The notes under the pieces: model-generated
The model's input: only the letters and a program-made list of their open reading frames with translations
What the model was told of the DNA's origin: nothing
Database searches by the model: none
Assembly: GCA_035637455.1 (NCBI GenBank)
Contig: DASPXE010000007.1
Span: forward strand, 51,097-115,096
Reading direction: 5' to 3'
Origin: Gemmatimonadales bacterium
GTDB lineage: Bacteria > Gemmatimonadota > Gemmatimonadetes > Gemmatimonadales > GWC2-71-9
Length of the DNA: 64,000 bases
Program-made: the position numbers and the translations under genes
Shown here: positions 11,426 to 20,197 of the stretch, piece after piece
Numbering within the stretch: position 1 is the stretch's first letter
Layout: each line of letters starts with the position of its first letter

Positions 11426-12562
11426 TTGCGAACAATAGTCAAATGGCGGCCAAGACCGGCGCCGGCGCTGCTCGCTCTCTCGGCGCTCGGCGCCGCGGGC
11501 GTCTCGCTGCCGGCAGCGACCTTCGCCCAGGACGACGCCTGGCGCCCCCGAACCGTCCCGCTGTTCGGGGCGAGCTACTCGCCTGATGTCGGCCTGCTGC
11601 TCGGCGCCGGGCTGCTCCACACGCGCTACGGGTTCCGCGCGCTGCCTCCCAGCACCCGGCTGGTCGTGAGTACCGAGTACGCGACCAGCGCGCGCACCTA
11701 CCGCACGGCCGTCGAGGGCGCGTTTCGGCAGCCGCTCGCTCCGTCGATCCTCATCATCGAGCTGCACGCGTCAGGGCTCGAGATCATTCGGTTCTACGGC
11801 TTCGGCAACGCGAGCGACGCGTCGCAGCCCGACAGCGTCTACCGGGTGCGGCAGACGCAGCTGTTGTTCGCGCCCGCGGTGGCGGTGCCGCTCGCGCCGC
11901 GGCTCCGCCTCGTGATAGGGCCGCTGGTGAAGTACGCCCGTACCCACCCTGATTCGGGCACCCTACTCAGCAGCACGGGCCCGTACTACGGTGCCGGGGA
12001 CTTCGGGCAGCTCGGGGGGCGCGTCGTGCTGGAGCTCGACACGCGCGACGCGCCGGCCGCCCCCGCCCGCGGCACACACCTCCGCCTCGAGGGCCGCGGA
12101 TACGCCGCCGCGTGGGACGTGGCCGAATCGTTCGGCAGCGTGTCGGCCGACGCATCGACCTACGTGTCGGCGGGTGACCCGCCGGCGGCGACTCTCGCGC
12201 TCCGCGTAGGGGGCGCGCACGTGAGCGGCAGCGTGCCGTTCGACGAGGCGGTCTACGTCGGCGGGGGAACGACCGTCCGCGGCTACGCGGAGCAACGGTT
12301 TGCCGGGACGTCCGGTGCATACGCGAACGCCGAGCTGCGGCTCGTGGTCGGCCGCCTTCCGGCCGGAGACGTCGGCGTGTTCGGACTCGCCGACGCCGGT
12401 CGCGTTTGGGTCGCAGGCGAATCGTCCGACCGCTGGCACGCCGCGGCCGGCGGCGGCCTCTGGTTCGCCTGGCGGCGCAGCCGCGCCAATACCGTGTCCT
12501 TGGCGGTAGCGAAAAGCCCGGAGCGCTCCGCGCTCTACCTCCGCGCCGGCTTCATGTTCTAA
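11426..12562 (+). CDS. Omp85/surface-antigen (D15) family outer-membrane beta-barrel without obvious POTRA repeats
   Basis: The TTG start gives signal peptide MRTIVKWRPRPAPALLALSALGAAGVSLPAATFAQ. The C-terminal part has GGTTVRGY...GGGLWFAW...ALYLRAGFMF, ending in a terminal Phe. Confidence 0.6.
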   Translation: MRTIVKWRPRPAPALLALSALGAAGVSLPAATFAQDDAWRPRTVPLFGASYSPDVGLLLGAGLLHTRYGFRALPPSTRLVVSTEYATSARTYRTAVEGAFRQPLAPSILIIELHASGLEIIRFYGFGNASDASQPDSVYRVRQTQLLFAPAVAVPLAPRLRLVIGPLVKYARTHPDSGTLLSSTGPYYGAGDFGQLGGRVVLELDTRDAPAAPARGTHLRLEGRGYAAAWDVAESFGSVSADASTYVSAGDPPAATLALRVGGAHVSGSVPFDEAVYVGGGTTVRGYAEQRFAGTSGAYANAELRLVVGRLPAGDVGVFGLADAGRVWVAGESSDRWHAAAGGGLWFAWRRSRANTVSLAVAKSPERSALYLRAGFMF

Positions 12563-12740
12563 CCCGTGGCTGCGGCGCCCGTTAGCCGGTGTCGCGGTGA
12601 CGCAGCAGCCTGCGCCAGCTGGCGGCCGCGTTACGCGGGCGCGCGCAGGGGCGTCTTTACCACGACAACGCTCCGGTCTCCCGGGGCGTCGCGCAGCACT
12701 CCTTCACCACGGCATATAGCTCAGGCGGTAGAGTCGGACC

Positions 12741-13865
12741 TTGTCTTCCCGCGCAGGGCGGCTGAAGCATCGGTGGACCCGGGAGCGCCCTGCCTCGCAG
12801 GCTCTGACGCTGGCCGTAGGGCCGCGGCACCCACCGGCGGCCGGCAGCGACGTGACCGTGATCGTGCCCGCGTACAACGAGGCGGCGAGCGTCGCCGACA
12901 CGATCCGAAGCCTCCAGGCCCAGACGGCGCCGCCGTGCGCGATCATCGTCGTGGACGACGGCTCGACCGACGGCACCGGGGACGTGGCTCGCGCGTTAGG
13001 GGTCATGGTCGTGCGCCCGCCCACGAACACGGGGTCCAAGGCGGGCGCACAAAGCTTCGGGCTCCGCTACGTCCGCACGCCGCTCACCGTCGCGATCGAC
13101 GCCGACACGGTCCTCGCCCCGGACGCGCTGGAGCGTCTGCTCGCCGCGTTCCGCGGTTCGGCCGTCGCGGCGGCGTGCGGATTCGTGCTGCCGCAGCGGG
13201 TGCGCAGCCTGTGGGAGCGGGGGCGCTACATCGAATACCTGTTCGCGTTCACCTACTACAAGCAGCTGCAGGACTATTACGGAAAGCCGCTCATCTCCTC
13301 GGGCTGCTTCTCGATGTACCGGACGGAGATCCTCGGGGCCCAGGGGGGTTGGTCCAACCGCACCCTCGCTGAAGACGTAGACCTGACCTGGAGCCTGTAC
13401 CAGGCGGGCCATGAGGTGCGTTTTGTGCCCGAGGCGGTGTGCTACCCGATCGAGCCCCGCACCTTCACGCTGATGGGGAAGCAGTTGCGGCGCTGGTCGC
13501 ACGGCTTCGTCCAAAACGTCAAGCTGCATTGGCGCGGCCTCCTCACGGTGCCCTATCTCCGCTCGGCGGTGGCGGTAGCGTTTTGGGATGCGTCGCTCGC
13601 CGCGGCTGTGTACCTGGTGGTGCTGCCGATTCTCGCGATCGTGCTCGCGAGCCCCTGGGTGCTGATCGGCTACGTGATCGACGCCCCCGCCGTGCTCGTT
13701 CCGGTGCTCGCCGGCGCGGTGCGGCGGCGGGAGGTCCGCCGGGCGTTGGCGAGCGTCCCCGCGTTCTTCGTGCTGCGCACCGTCAACGCGATCTTCTTCC
13801 TGCGTGCGGTCTGCGCCGAGCTGCTGCTCGGTCGCTCGCTGCGCGTGTACGAGAAGGGGCACTGA
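12741..13865 (+). CDS. Family-2 glycosyltransferase, processive (PgaC/cellulose-synthase-like) with C-terminal TM helices
   Basis: Contains VIVPAYNE, VVDDGSTDGT, IDADT and QLRRWSHG (the QxxRW motif), followed by 3-4 TM helices. TTG 12741 start is uncertain. Confidence 0.8.
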   Translation: MSSRAGRLKHRWTRERPASQALTLAVGPRHPPAAGSDVTVIVPAYNEAASVADTIRSLQAQTAPPCAIIVVDDGSTDGTGDVARALGVMVVRPPTNTGSKAGAQSFGLRYVRTPLTVAIDADTVLAPDALERLLAAFRGSAVAAACGFVLPQRVRSLWERGRYIEYLFAFTYYKQLQDYYGKPLISSGCFSMYRTEILGAQGGWSNRTLAEDVDLTWSLYQAGHEVRFVPEAVCYPIEPRTFTLMGKQLRRWSHGFVQNVKLHWRGLLTVPYLRSAVAVAFWDASLAAAVYLVVLPILAIVLASPWVLIGYVIDAPAVLVPVLAGAVRRREVRRALASVPAFFVLRTVNAIFFLRAVCAELLLGRSLRVYEKGH

Positions 13866-13867
13866 CG

Positions 13868-15715
13868 ATGACGGCCGGGCTGCCGGGAACCGGGATCGGC
13901 GGGCTGTTCTACCTGGTGAGCGCGCTCGCGATGCCGCTGCGGGAGGCGTATCGGCGGGCGCGGGGCGCCGCGGCATCGGGGACGTGGCGCCTGGTTGCCG
14001 GGCAGACGGCGATCGCGGGCGGCATCCTCGGGGGCGTATGGGCGACAGGCTGGCTCCTCGGCGTCGCGCTGCGCACCGCCCACGCCGTCGTGGCGCTGCC
14101 TCCGGGGGCGCATCCGGGCAACGTGCTGCGCACGGTGACGTTGGCCCTCAGCCTCGGGACACTGGCCGCGGTGCTGCTGGGCGTCGAGCTGTTGCGGCTG
14201 TGGGTGCACGGCCCGGCGGTCCGGGGTGCCGCGATCGAGCCACACGAGGAGCGGCAGATCGTCGCGGCGGGGGCGGGGGGGGCCCGCCTGGGTCGGGTCC
14301 TGGCGCTCGTGCTCACAGCCACGGCGGTGCCGACGCGCGCCGCGGTCGCGCAGAGCGGCAGCCCGGTTGCGGCCCACCTCGCTCGCGCGGACTCGGCGTT
14401 CGCGGAAGGCGACGCGGCCGCCGCCGCGCAGGAATACGCGGTCGTGCTCGCTGCCGACCCTGAGAATTCCCACGCCACGTATCGTCTCGCTCAGCTGCGG
14501 CGACATGATCCCGCGGTGGCCCTACGGCTGCTGCGGCGCTACGTCGCGCTCGAGCCGTCGGACCCGTGGGGGTACATGGCGGTGGCGGACGTGCTGGCCC
14601 GCACGAGGCGCTACGAGGAGGCGCTGCGTTGGTACGACGACGCGTTGCGCCTCGCGCCCGGCGAGCGGGACGGCGTCGTCGGGCGCGCGCGCATCCTGGT
14701 GCGGGCGCGCCGCACGGGCGCCGCGACCGCAGCCTACGAGCGGTGGCTCGCCGCCCATCCCAGGGATGCGGAGGCGGTGCGCGAGCTCGCCGCCGCGCGG
14801 GTGGCGGCGGCGCCAGCCGTCACGCCGCTCGTGGGCGGCAGCCACGATTCTGACGGGAACACCACGCTGCGGCTGGGCGGCACCGCGGAGCTGGCGGCGC
14901 CCGGGCCGACCCGGGTAGCAGTGGCGGCGAGCCGTGAGCGGGTGTGGGACGGGGTCACGGCGGCCGGCCTCGAGGAGCTGACGCTGCGCGCCGCCGCCCG
15001 GCCCCGGGGTGCGCTGCAGATCGATGCTGCGGCGGGAGCGGCGCGACTCGATGCCGGCGAGGGCACTGGCGCAACCGTCATCCCCACCGGCCAGCTCCGC
15101 GCCCGCTGGCGAGCTCCGCTGGCCGGCCCGGCCGTGGACCTCCGCGCGGCGCGGAGCGTGCTCGACGCGAGTCCGCTCCTCGTGGCCAACCGAGTGGCGC
15201 GAACGGAGCTCGGTGCGACGGTCGAGCTGCCGGTGGTCGGCTCATTCAGGCTGCGCGGGATCGGCCGCGCCGCGACGCTCAGCGATTCCACCGAAGTGAA
15301 TCACCGGACCACCATCGCCGGCGTGGCGGCGTTTGCCGCGGCGCCGAGCGTCGAGCTGTCGGGCCAGTTTCACGAGGTCCGGTACTCCCACGCCTCCACC
15401 GCCGGCTACTTCGCCCCGCGGCTCATCCAGGTGGTGGAAGCGGGGTCATATCTCGAGCTCGAGACCTCCGGATCGGTGCTGCTCGCTTTCGATATCGGGG
15501 CGGGCGTCCAACGGGTGGCCGAGCAGGGCGCGGCGCTCGGGCCGTGGCGCCGGGCGCTGCGCCTCTATTCGCTCATCGTCGTGCCGCTCGCACCGGGGCG
15601 CGACCTCAAGCTCGAGCTGGACGGCGAGGATTCTGGGGTCGCCGCCGAGGCCGCGACGACCGCGCGCTGGCGGTACATTTCCACCGGGGTGTCGTTGCGC
15701 TGGGCCTTGCCCTGA
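13868..15715 (+). CDS. Multi-module envelope protein: N-terminal TM helices, TPR repeats and a beta-rich C-terminal domain (PgaA/BcsC-like export component?)
   Basis: ATG at 13868 lies 2 nt after the GT2 stop; the track ORF 13439.. overlaps GT2. About 4 hydrophobic helices are followed by a signal-peptide-like stretch (RLGRVLALVLTATAVPTRAAVAQ). TPR-like repeats come next (AEGDAAAAAQEYAVVLAADPEN..., EEALRWYDDALRLAP). The last ~300 aa have alternating beta-strand sequence. Confidence 0.5.
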   Translation: MTAGLPGTGIGGLFYLVSALAMPLREAYRRARGAAASGTWRLVAGQTAIAGGILGGVWATGWLLGVALRTAHAVVALPPGAHPGNVLRTVTLALSLGTLAAVLLGVELLRLWVHGPAVRGAAIEPHEERQIVAAGAGGARLGRVLALVLTATAVPTRAAVAQSGSPVAAHLARADSAFAEGDAAAAAQEYAVVLAADPENSHATYRLAQLRRHDPAVALRLLRRYVALEPSDPWGYMAVADVLARTRRYEEALRWYDDALRLAPGERDGVVGRARILVRARRTGAATAAYERWLAAHPRDAEAVRELAAARVAAAPAVTPLVGGSHDSDGNTTLRLGGTAELAAPGPTRVAVAASRERVWDGVTAAGLEELTLRAAARPRGALQIDAAAGAARLDAGEGTGATVIPTGQLRARWRAPLAGPAVDLRAARSVLDASPLLVANRVARTELGATVELPVVGSFRLRGIGRAATLSDSTEVNHRTTIAGVAAFAAAPSVELSGQFHEVRYSHASTAGYFAPRLIQVVEAGSYLELETSGSVLLAFDIGAGVQRVAEQGAALGPWRRALRLYSLIVVPLAPGRDLKLELDGEDSGVAAEAATTARWRYISTGVSLRWALP

Positions 15716-15781
15716 AGGCGATTACCGAACACGCTTCAGCGTCGCGCCTCGCCGAGCTACCTTCGATTCTAAGTCCACCCC

Positions 15782-16849
15782 ATGACTCTGGTCCTGCGCG
15801 AACAGCTACCCCTCGCACCTTTCACCACCCTCGGGTTGGGCGGGCCGGCGCGTTATTTCTACGAATGCACGACCGAAGCCGAGCTGGGTGAGGCGCTCAC
15901 CTGGGCGCGCGAGCGGCGGCTGCGGGTGCAAATCATGGGCGGGGGCTCGAACCTCGTCGTAGCGGACGCGGGCTTTCCGGGCCTCGTGCTCAAGCTGGCC
16001 ATCGGCGGCGTTGCCCCGCGCGAGACGACGCAAGGCGTCGAGGTGACCGCGGCAGCCGGCGTCGAGTGGGACGCGCTCGTGCGTCAGGCGGTCGAGCAGG
16101 GATGGACGGGGATTGAATGCCTCTCAGGAATCCCCGGGACCGTGGGCGCCACCCCGATCCAGAACGTCGGCGCCTACGGGCAGGAAATCGCGGACACGCT
16201 CGTGTCGGTGCGGTGTCTCGAGCGCGACGGCCTTACACAAGTCGTGTTCCCGCGCGATCAGTGCGAATTTGTGTATCGCAGCAGCCGCTTCAAGAGCCGC
16301 GACCACGATCGCTACATCGTTCTCGACATTACGCTGCGCCTGCGCCGCGATACGCTGCCGCAGCTGCGATACGCAGAGCTCGCGCAGGCGGTCCGGCAGC
16401 ACGGCGAGCTGGACCGCCTGGCGCCTGCCGACGCGGTGAGCGTCGTGCGCACTACGGTTCTCGAGCTGCGGCGCCGCAAATCCATGGTGCTCGACCCCAC
16501 CGATCCGAACGGTCGGTCGGTCGGCTCCTTCTTCGTGAATCCCGTGCTCTCGGCCGACGCGTTCGACCACCTCGTCCGTCGGTGGCGCGCTGCGGGCGAG
16601 GGCGACGGTATCCCGACGTTCCCCGCCGACGGACGGGTGAAGGTGCCCGCGGCGTGGCTGATCGAGCACGCGGGCTTCGGCAAGGGGTACCGCCGCGGAG
16701 GGGTGGGGATCTCGACGCGCCACGCGCTCGCCCTTGTGAATCACGGGGGCACCGCCGCCGAGTTGCTGGCGCTCGCCCAGGCCATCGAGCGGGCAGTGTA
16801 CGAGCGCTTCGGTGTCCGGCTGGAGCGCGAGCCCGTGGTGGTCGAGTAA
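15782..16849 (+). CDS. murB: UDP-N-acetylenolpyruvoylglucosamine reductase
   Basis: 355 aa with FTTLGLGGPA, GGGSNLVV and GIPGTVGATPIQNVGAYG, plus the C-terminal MurB domain (SVGSFFVNP, PAAWLIEHAGF). Confidence 0.9.
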   Translation: MTLVLREQLPLAPFTTLGLGGPARYFYECTTEAELGEALTWARERRLRVQIMGGGSNLVVADAGFPGLVLKLAIGGVAPRETTQGVEVTAAAGVEWDALVRQAVEQGWTGIECLSGIPGTVGATPIQNVGAYGQEIADTLVSVRCLERDGLTQVVFPRDQCEFVYRSSRFKSRDHDRYIVLDITLRLRRDTLPQLRYAELAQAVRQHGELDRLAPADAVSVVRTTVLELRRRKSMVLDPTDPNGRSVGSFFVNPVLSADAFDHLVRRWRAAGEGDGIPTFPADGRVKVPAAWLIEHAGFGKGYRRGGVGISTRHALALVNHGGTAAELLALAQAIERAVYERFGVRLEREPVVVE

Positions 16850-16855
16850 CTAACC

Positions 16856-16890
16856 AAAAAGCGGGCTCCTCCGTCAGGGAGCCCGCTTTT
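16856..16890. terminator. Bidirectional intrinsic terminator
   Basis: AAAAA GCGGGCTCC tccgtcag GGAGCCCGC TTTT. The 9-bp GC stem is flanked by A- and T-runs and sits between convergent murB and the LTXXQ gene. Confidence 0.75.
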
Positions 16891-16965
16891 CTTTTGGCTG
16901 CGGCTGCGCACCACCTCCTTCGGTGAGAGGTTTGCGCTCCCCCTCTGGTGGGAGCACGCTCGTAC

Positions 16966-17403
16966 TCAAGGGGGTCGTGGTCTCGGTCCGCCCTCCCACG
17001 GCGGACCGCCGCCGAACCGAGGTGGGCGTTCGAGCCGCCGCTCCAGCTCCGCGTACTGCGTCCGCTGCGTCGGCGTGAGCTGGGCATTGATCTCGGCGCT
17101 CATCGCCGACCGCACCGAATCGAATCGCGGGTGAACCTCGCGCCAGATCTTCTCCACATCGGCGCGGTGTCGCTCCAGAATCGCCCGCACCGAGTCGCGC
17201 TGCGTCGCCGTCAGCTCCAACCGCTCGCTCAGAAAGCCAATCATCCCGTCGGGCCCCGGCGCCCCCCCCCGGAACGCCCCGCCCCGCGGGCCGCCGTGCA
17301 CCCGCGTCCCGATCGCCCACCCGAACAGCCCGCCGGCCGCGAACGACGCGAGCAGAGCTGCGACCGCCCAGAAACGAGATTGCTCTAGCATGCCGCCTCC
17401 CAT
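16966..17403 (-). CDS. Periplasmic LTXXQ (Spy/CpxP / heavy-metal-sensor) family protein
   Basis: N-terminal hydrophobic anchor or signal, with LTATQ and LTPTQ motifs. It is the last gene of the ECF sigma operon, joined by an ATGA overlap at 17403. Confidence 0.65.
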   Translation of the reverse strand: MGGGMLEQSRFWAVAALLASFAAGGLFGWAIGTRVHGGPRGGAFRGGAPGPDGMIGFLSERLELTATQRDSVRAILERHRADVEKIWREVHPRFDSVRSAMSAEINAQLTPTQRTQYAELERRLERPPRFGGGPPWEGGPRPRPP

Positions 17404-17768
17404 CAGTTCGCGAGCATGGACGCGAACAGCGCGCTCGGGTCGGGCGCGCGGTGCGCAGCGAGCAGCTGGACAGCCGATTCACTCCCCGTGGCGGACGTCA
17501 CCCACGCCGCGTCGAACGAGGTGGCGGCGTCTCGCGCTTGGCCGGCGAGATAGCCGCCCACGAACGCCAGCACGGCCGCCGCCGCAATCGCCACCCGGCT
17601 CCAGCGCCCCAGCACCGCGCGCCACGTTCCCACCCCGGCCGATTCGGCGCGATCGAGCACGCCAGCCACGAACGCTGCCGTGTCGTTGCGCGGACTGAGC
17701 GCCGCCCACAGCGCCGCGCCGAGCGCGGGATCTGGATGGTCTGGAGACCACATGGGCTCTTGTCTCAC
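17403..17768 (-). CDS. Putative anti-sigma factor (single-pass membrane protein)
   Basis: 121 aa, GTGA-overlapped with the ECF sigma stop. It has one central TM (VAIAAAAVLAFVGGYLAG). The call rests on position only. Confidence 0.4.
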   Translation of the reverse strand: MRQEPMWSPDHPDPALGAALWAALSPRNDTAAFVAGVLDRAESAGVGTWRAVLGRWSRVAIAAAAVLAFVGGYLAGQARDAATSFDAAWVTSATGSESAVQLLAAHRAPDPSALFASMLAN

Positions 17769-18346
17769 CGGTCCTCCTTCAAGTCGTCCAACAGCGCCCG
17801 CAACCGACGCCGCGCGTGAAACACGGCCGACCGCACGGTCCCTGGGGCCATCGCCAGGATCTCTGCAATCTCGGCGTGGGAGTAGCCCTCGACATCGAAC
17901 AGCACGACCGCCAGCCGGTAATGCTCCGGCAGCTCGTCCAGTGCGGCGCGGAGCCGCTGGCCCAGCGCCGCGCGCTCGGTCTCAACGTCCGGCAGCGGGC
18001 CCTTCGCGGCGACGTCGTCCTCCAGGACGCCGGCATTCCGCACCGTCCGCCGTCGCCGGCGGTCGATCGCGGCGTTGGCCGCGATCCGCAGCAACCACGG
18101 ACCGAACGGCCGGCTGGGATCGTACTGGTCCAGCTTCACCAGCGCCGCCAGCACGCCGTCCTGCGCCGCATCCTCGGCGTCGTCCACGTTCCCGAGGATC
18201 GCGCGCGTCAGGCGGCGCACCGACCCCGCGTACCACTGCACCAGCGTCCCGAGCGCCTCGCGATCCCCTGCCAGGGCGCGCGCGACGAGGGCGGGCTCGT
18301 CCACCCTTGCCTGGCCAGATCGGTCCCGGTCGGGCAGCGCGCTCAT
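17765..18346 (-). CDS. ECF-type RNA polymerase sigma-70 factor
   Basis: Translation from ATG 18346 begins MSALPDRDRSGQARVDEPALVARALAGDREALGTLV. Region 2 (DAEDAAQDGVLAAL) and region 4 (EGYSHAEIAEILAMAPGTVRSAVFHARRRL) are present. The upstream 72 codons of the track ORF are unsupported. Confidence 0.85.
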   Translation of the reverse strand: MSALPDRDRSGQARVDEPALVARALAGDREALGTLVQWYAGSVRRLTRAILGNVDDAEDAAQDGVLAALVKLDQYDPSRPFGPWLLRIAANAAIDRRRRRTVRNAGVLEDDVAAKGPLPDVETERAALGQRLRAALDELPEHYRLAVVLFDVEGYSHAEIAEILAMAPGTVRSAVFHARRRLRALLDDLKEDR

Positions 18347-18392
18347 GCTGGTGAATACGGGGGGTCGTCGGGCGATGCTGACCCGGTGAGAT

Positions 18393-18420
18393 GTAGGGGC
18401 GCAGCATGCTGCGCCCCTAC
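18393..18420. repeat. 28-nt perfect palindrome GTAGGGGCGCAGCATGCTGCGCCCCTAC (REP-like element, copy 1)
   Basis: Lies in the divergent intergenic region between the ECF sigma and RidA genes. A second copy with one central substitution is at 62322-62349. Confidence 0.9.
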
Positions 18421-18509
18421 TCAGCGTCCCGCCGGCCGGTGCCGTAGTCTCCACGTAGATTCCCAGCTGTCCGTTGCATTCCGAACTGAACGAAGGGAGC
18501 GAGCACGCC

Positions 18510-19049
18510 ATGCGCGGCACCGTCACGATCGCGGCGGCGGTCATCGTCCTGAGCGCCTGCATGGGGCCTCCCGGCGGCGGCCGGGGTGGGGGAGGCAGGT
18601 TCGGGCCGGGCGGGCCCGGTGACCTAGAGCCGGCGCAGCCGCGTTACATCAACCCCGGCACGCTCGCCGCGCTGCCGGGCTTCACGCACGCGGTGCGTGT
18701 CGGCTCGACGCTGTACGTCTCGGGCGAGGTCGCGCTCGACTCGACCGGGAAGCTCGTCGGCCCCAGCGATCTGCGCGCCCAGGCCAGGCAAGCGTTCGCC
18801 AACTTGGCGTTCGTCCTGAAGATCGGAGGAGCGACCCCCGCCGACGTCGCGAAGCTCACGATCTACGTGGTGAATTACTCACCGCGCGACTTCGAGGCGA
18901 TCCGGGAGGCCGGCGCGGAGTTCCTGCCCGCTCGGAATCCCCCAGCCGGAGTCATTGTGGGCGTGCAGTCGCTGCCGCTGGAGGGGCTGCTGATCGCCGT
19001 GGACGCGACCGCCGTGATACGGGCGATGTTTCAGCCGCGGCAGCGGTGA
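18510..19049 (+). CDS. RidA/YjgF family protein with lipoprotein signal peptide
   Basis: Starts MRGTVTIAAAVIVLSAC (lipobox LSAC), followed by a Gly-rich linker. The RidA core has LYVSGEVALD and AGVIVGVQSLP. Confidence 0.75.
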   Translation: MRGTVTIAAAVIVLSACMGPPGGGRGGGGRFGPGGPGDLEPAQPRYINPGTLAALPGFTHAVRVGSTLYVSGEVALDSTGKLVGPSDLRAQARQAFANLAFVLKIGGATPADVAKLTIYVVNYSPRDFEAIREAGAEFLPARNPPAGVIVGVQSLPLEGLLIAVDATAVIRAMFQPRQR

Positions 19050-19057
19050 CCGCCGAC

Positions 19058-20197
19058 TCATCCCGTCCCGGTCGGCTCCCGTCTCCGCAGTCTCGTACGA
19101 CGGCCCGACCGAATCGCTTGACGGGCAATTGGGTAGAGCAGCCGGGCCAGCAGCGACGGCCGGTACAGGCGGCCGAGCAACGATCTGGGATCCGCGGTGC
19201 GGTCGAGTAACCACGCGAGCCCCCGGTAGCCGCGCGCGCCGAGCCTGCCGTATAGGAAGCGGTTGACGATGCCGGTGCGGAGCAGCCCGCCGAGGCGCTC
19301 CTCCCAGAGGCGATCGTAGCCGTCGAGCCGGCCACTCACGAGCGAACGCGCCGCGAGACTCCCCGACAACATCGCGTAGCGCATCCCGAAACCCCAGAGC
19401 GCATCCTGAAACCCGGCCGCTTCTCCGACAAAGAGAAGGTCGCCGCACCGGCCCGTTGGCGGCACGTCAAAGCCACCCGCGCCGCCAAAGCGGCGCGCGT
19501 TCTGCATGTCGAAGCCAACCTTCTCACGGAAGAACGCGACCGTGCGCTCGAGGTAGACCTGCTTGTTGTGAAACTCGTCGAACATGCATGAGGCGACGGT
19601 TCCTTGGCCTCGGACCACCAGCAGATACGCGTAACCCTTTGGGGCAAGACGATCGGACATGGCCGCAAAGGCACCGTCGGCCGCCTGCGTCGCAAAGACG
19701 TAGCCGAGCGCGACCGCATCCGAGCCATGCGGCCCCTCCGCGACCACACCGCCCTCCGGCAGTTGCGGGCGCGCCTCCCCGAAGCGGAGCTCGATCCCTC
19801 GGGCCAGTGCCTGCGCTTTGAGGCTGGAATCGAGTGTGCCTGCGCGCGCGCCGCGGCGGACGAGATAAAAGAGCGGCCGCGGTGAGCGATAGGTGTGTAC
19901 GCGACGAGGATCGAAGACCACCGCTTCGCGAATCGGCGTGTGATCGAAGGTCGGCTCGATACCCAGTCCGACAAGCTCGTCGAGCACGTCGCCGTCCGTG
20001 GTCCAGTTCTCGAGTCCCTGGAAGTCGTCGTGGAAGCGGTGTCCCACGTCCGAGCACCGCTCGTGGACAATGACCCGCCGCCCCGCCTGGTTTGCCGCTA
20101 GAGCGGCGGCGAGCCCCGATGGACCAGCCCCGAACACGTGGATTGGCTTCAGGGCGACTTGCCCGGATTCATCATCCTGCGGTGCTGCTCGGTCCAA
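19058..20197 (-). CDS. FAD-dependent oxidoreductase (geranylgeranyl-reductase/FixC-like)
   Basis: Dinucleotide fold IHVFGAGPSGLAAALAANQAGRRVIVHER. The TTG 20197 start would overlap the upstream gene by 49 nt. CTG at 20152, in a CTGA overlap with the upstream stop, is an alternative. Confidence 0.7.
   Translation of the reverse strand: MDRAAPQDDESGQVALKPIHVFGAGPSGLAAALAANQAGRRVIVHERCSDVGHRFHDDFQGLENWTTDGDVLDELVGLGIEPTFDHTPIREAVVFDPRRVHTYRSPRPLFYLVRRGARAGTLDSSLKAQALARGIELRFGEARPQLPEGGVVAEGPHGSDAVALGYVFATQAADGAFAAMSDRLAPKGYAYLLVVRGQGTVASCMFDEFHNKQVYLERTVAFFREKVGFDMQNARRFGGAGGFDVPPTGRCGDLLFVGEAAGFQDALWGFGMRYAMLSGSLAARSLVSGRLDGYDRLWEERLGGLLRTGIVNRFLYGRLGARGYRGLAWLLDRTADPRSLLGRLYRPSLLARLLYPIARQAIRSGRRTRLRRREPTGTG

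Noticed and set aside
12710-12745. tRNA-like box ATAGCTCAGGCGGTAGAGT, matching the D-arm consensus TAGCTCAG..GGTAGAG, upstream of the GT2 gene.
   Set aside because: The downstream sequence gives no anticodon stem (GGACC / CCCGC do not pair), no GTTCRANYC T-loop and no complementary acceptor 3' strand. It is not a tRNA gene. It could be a 5' tRNA relic, but I cannot support that further without a search.
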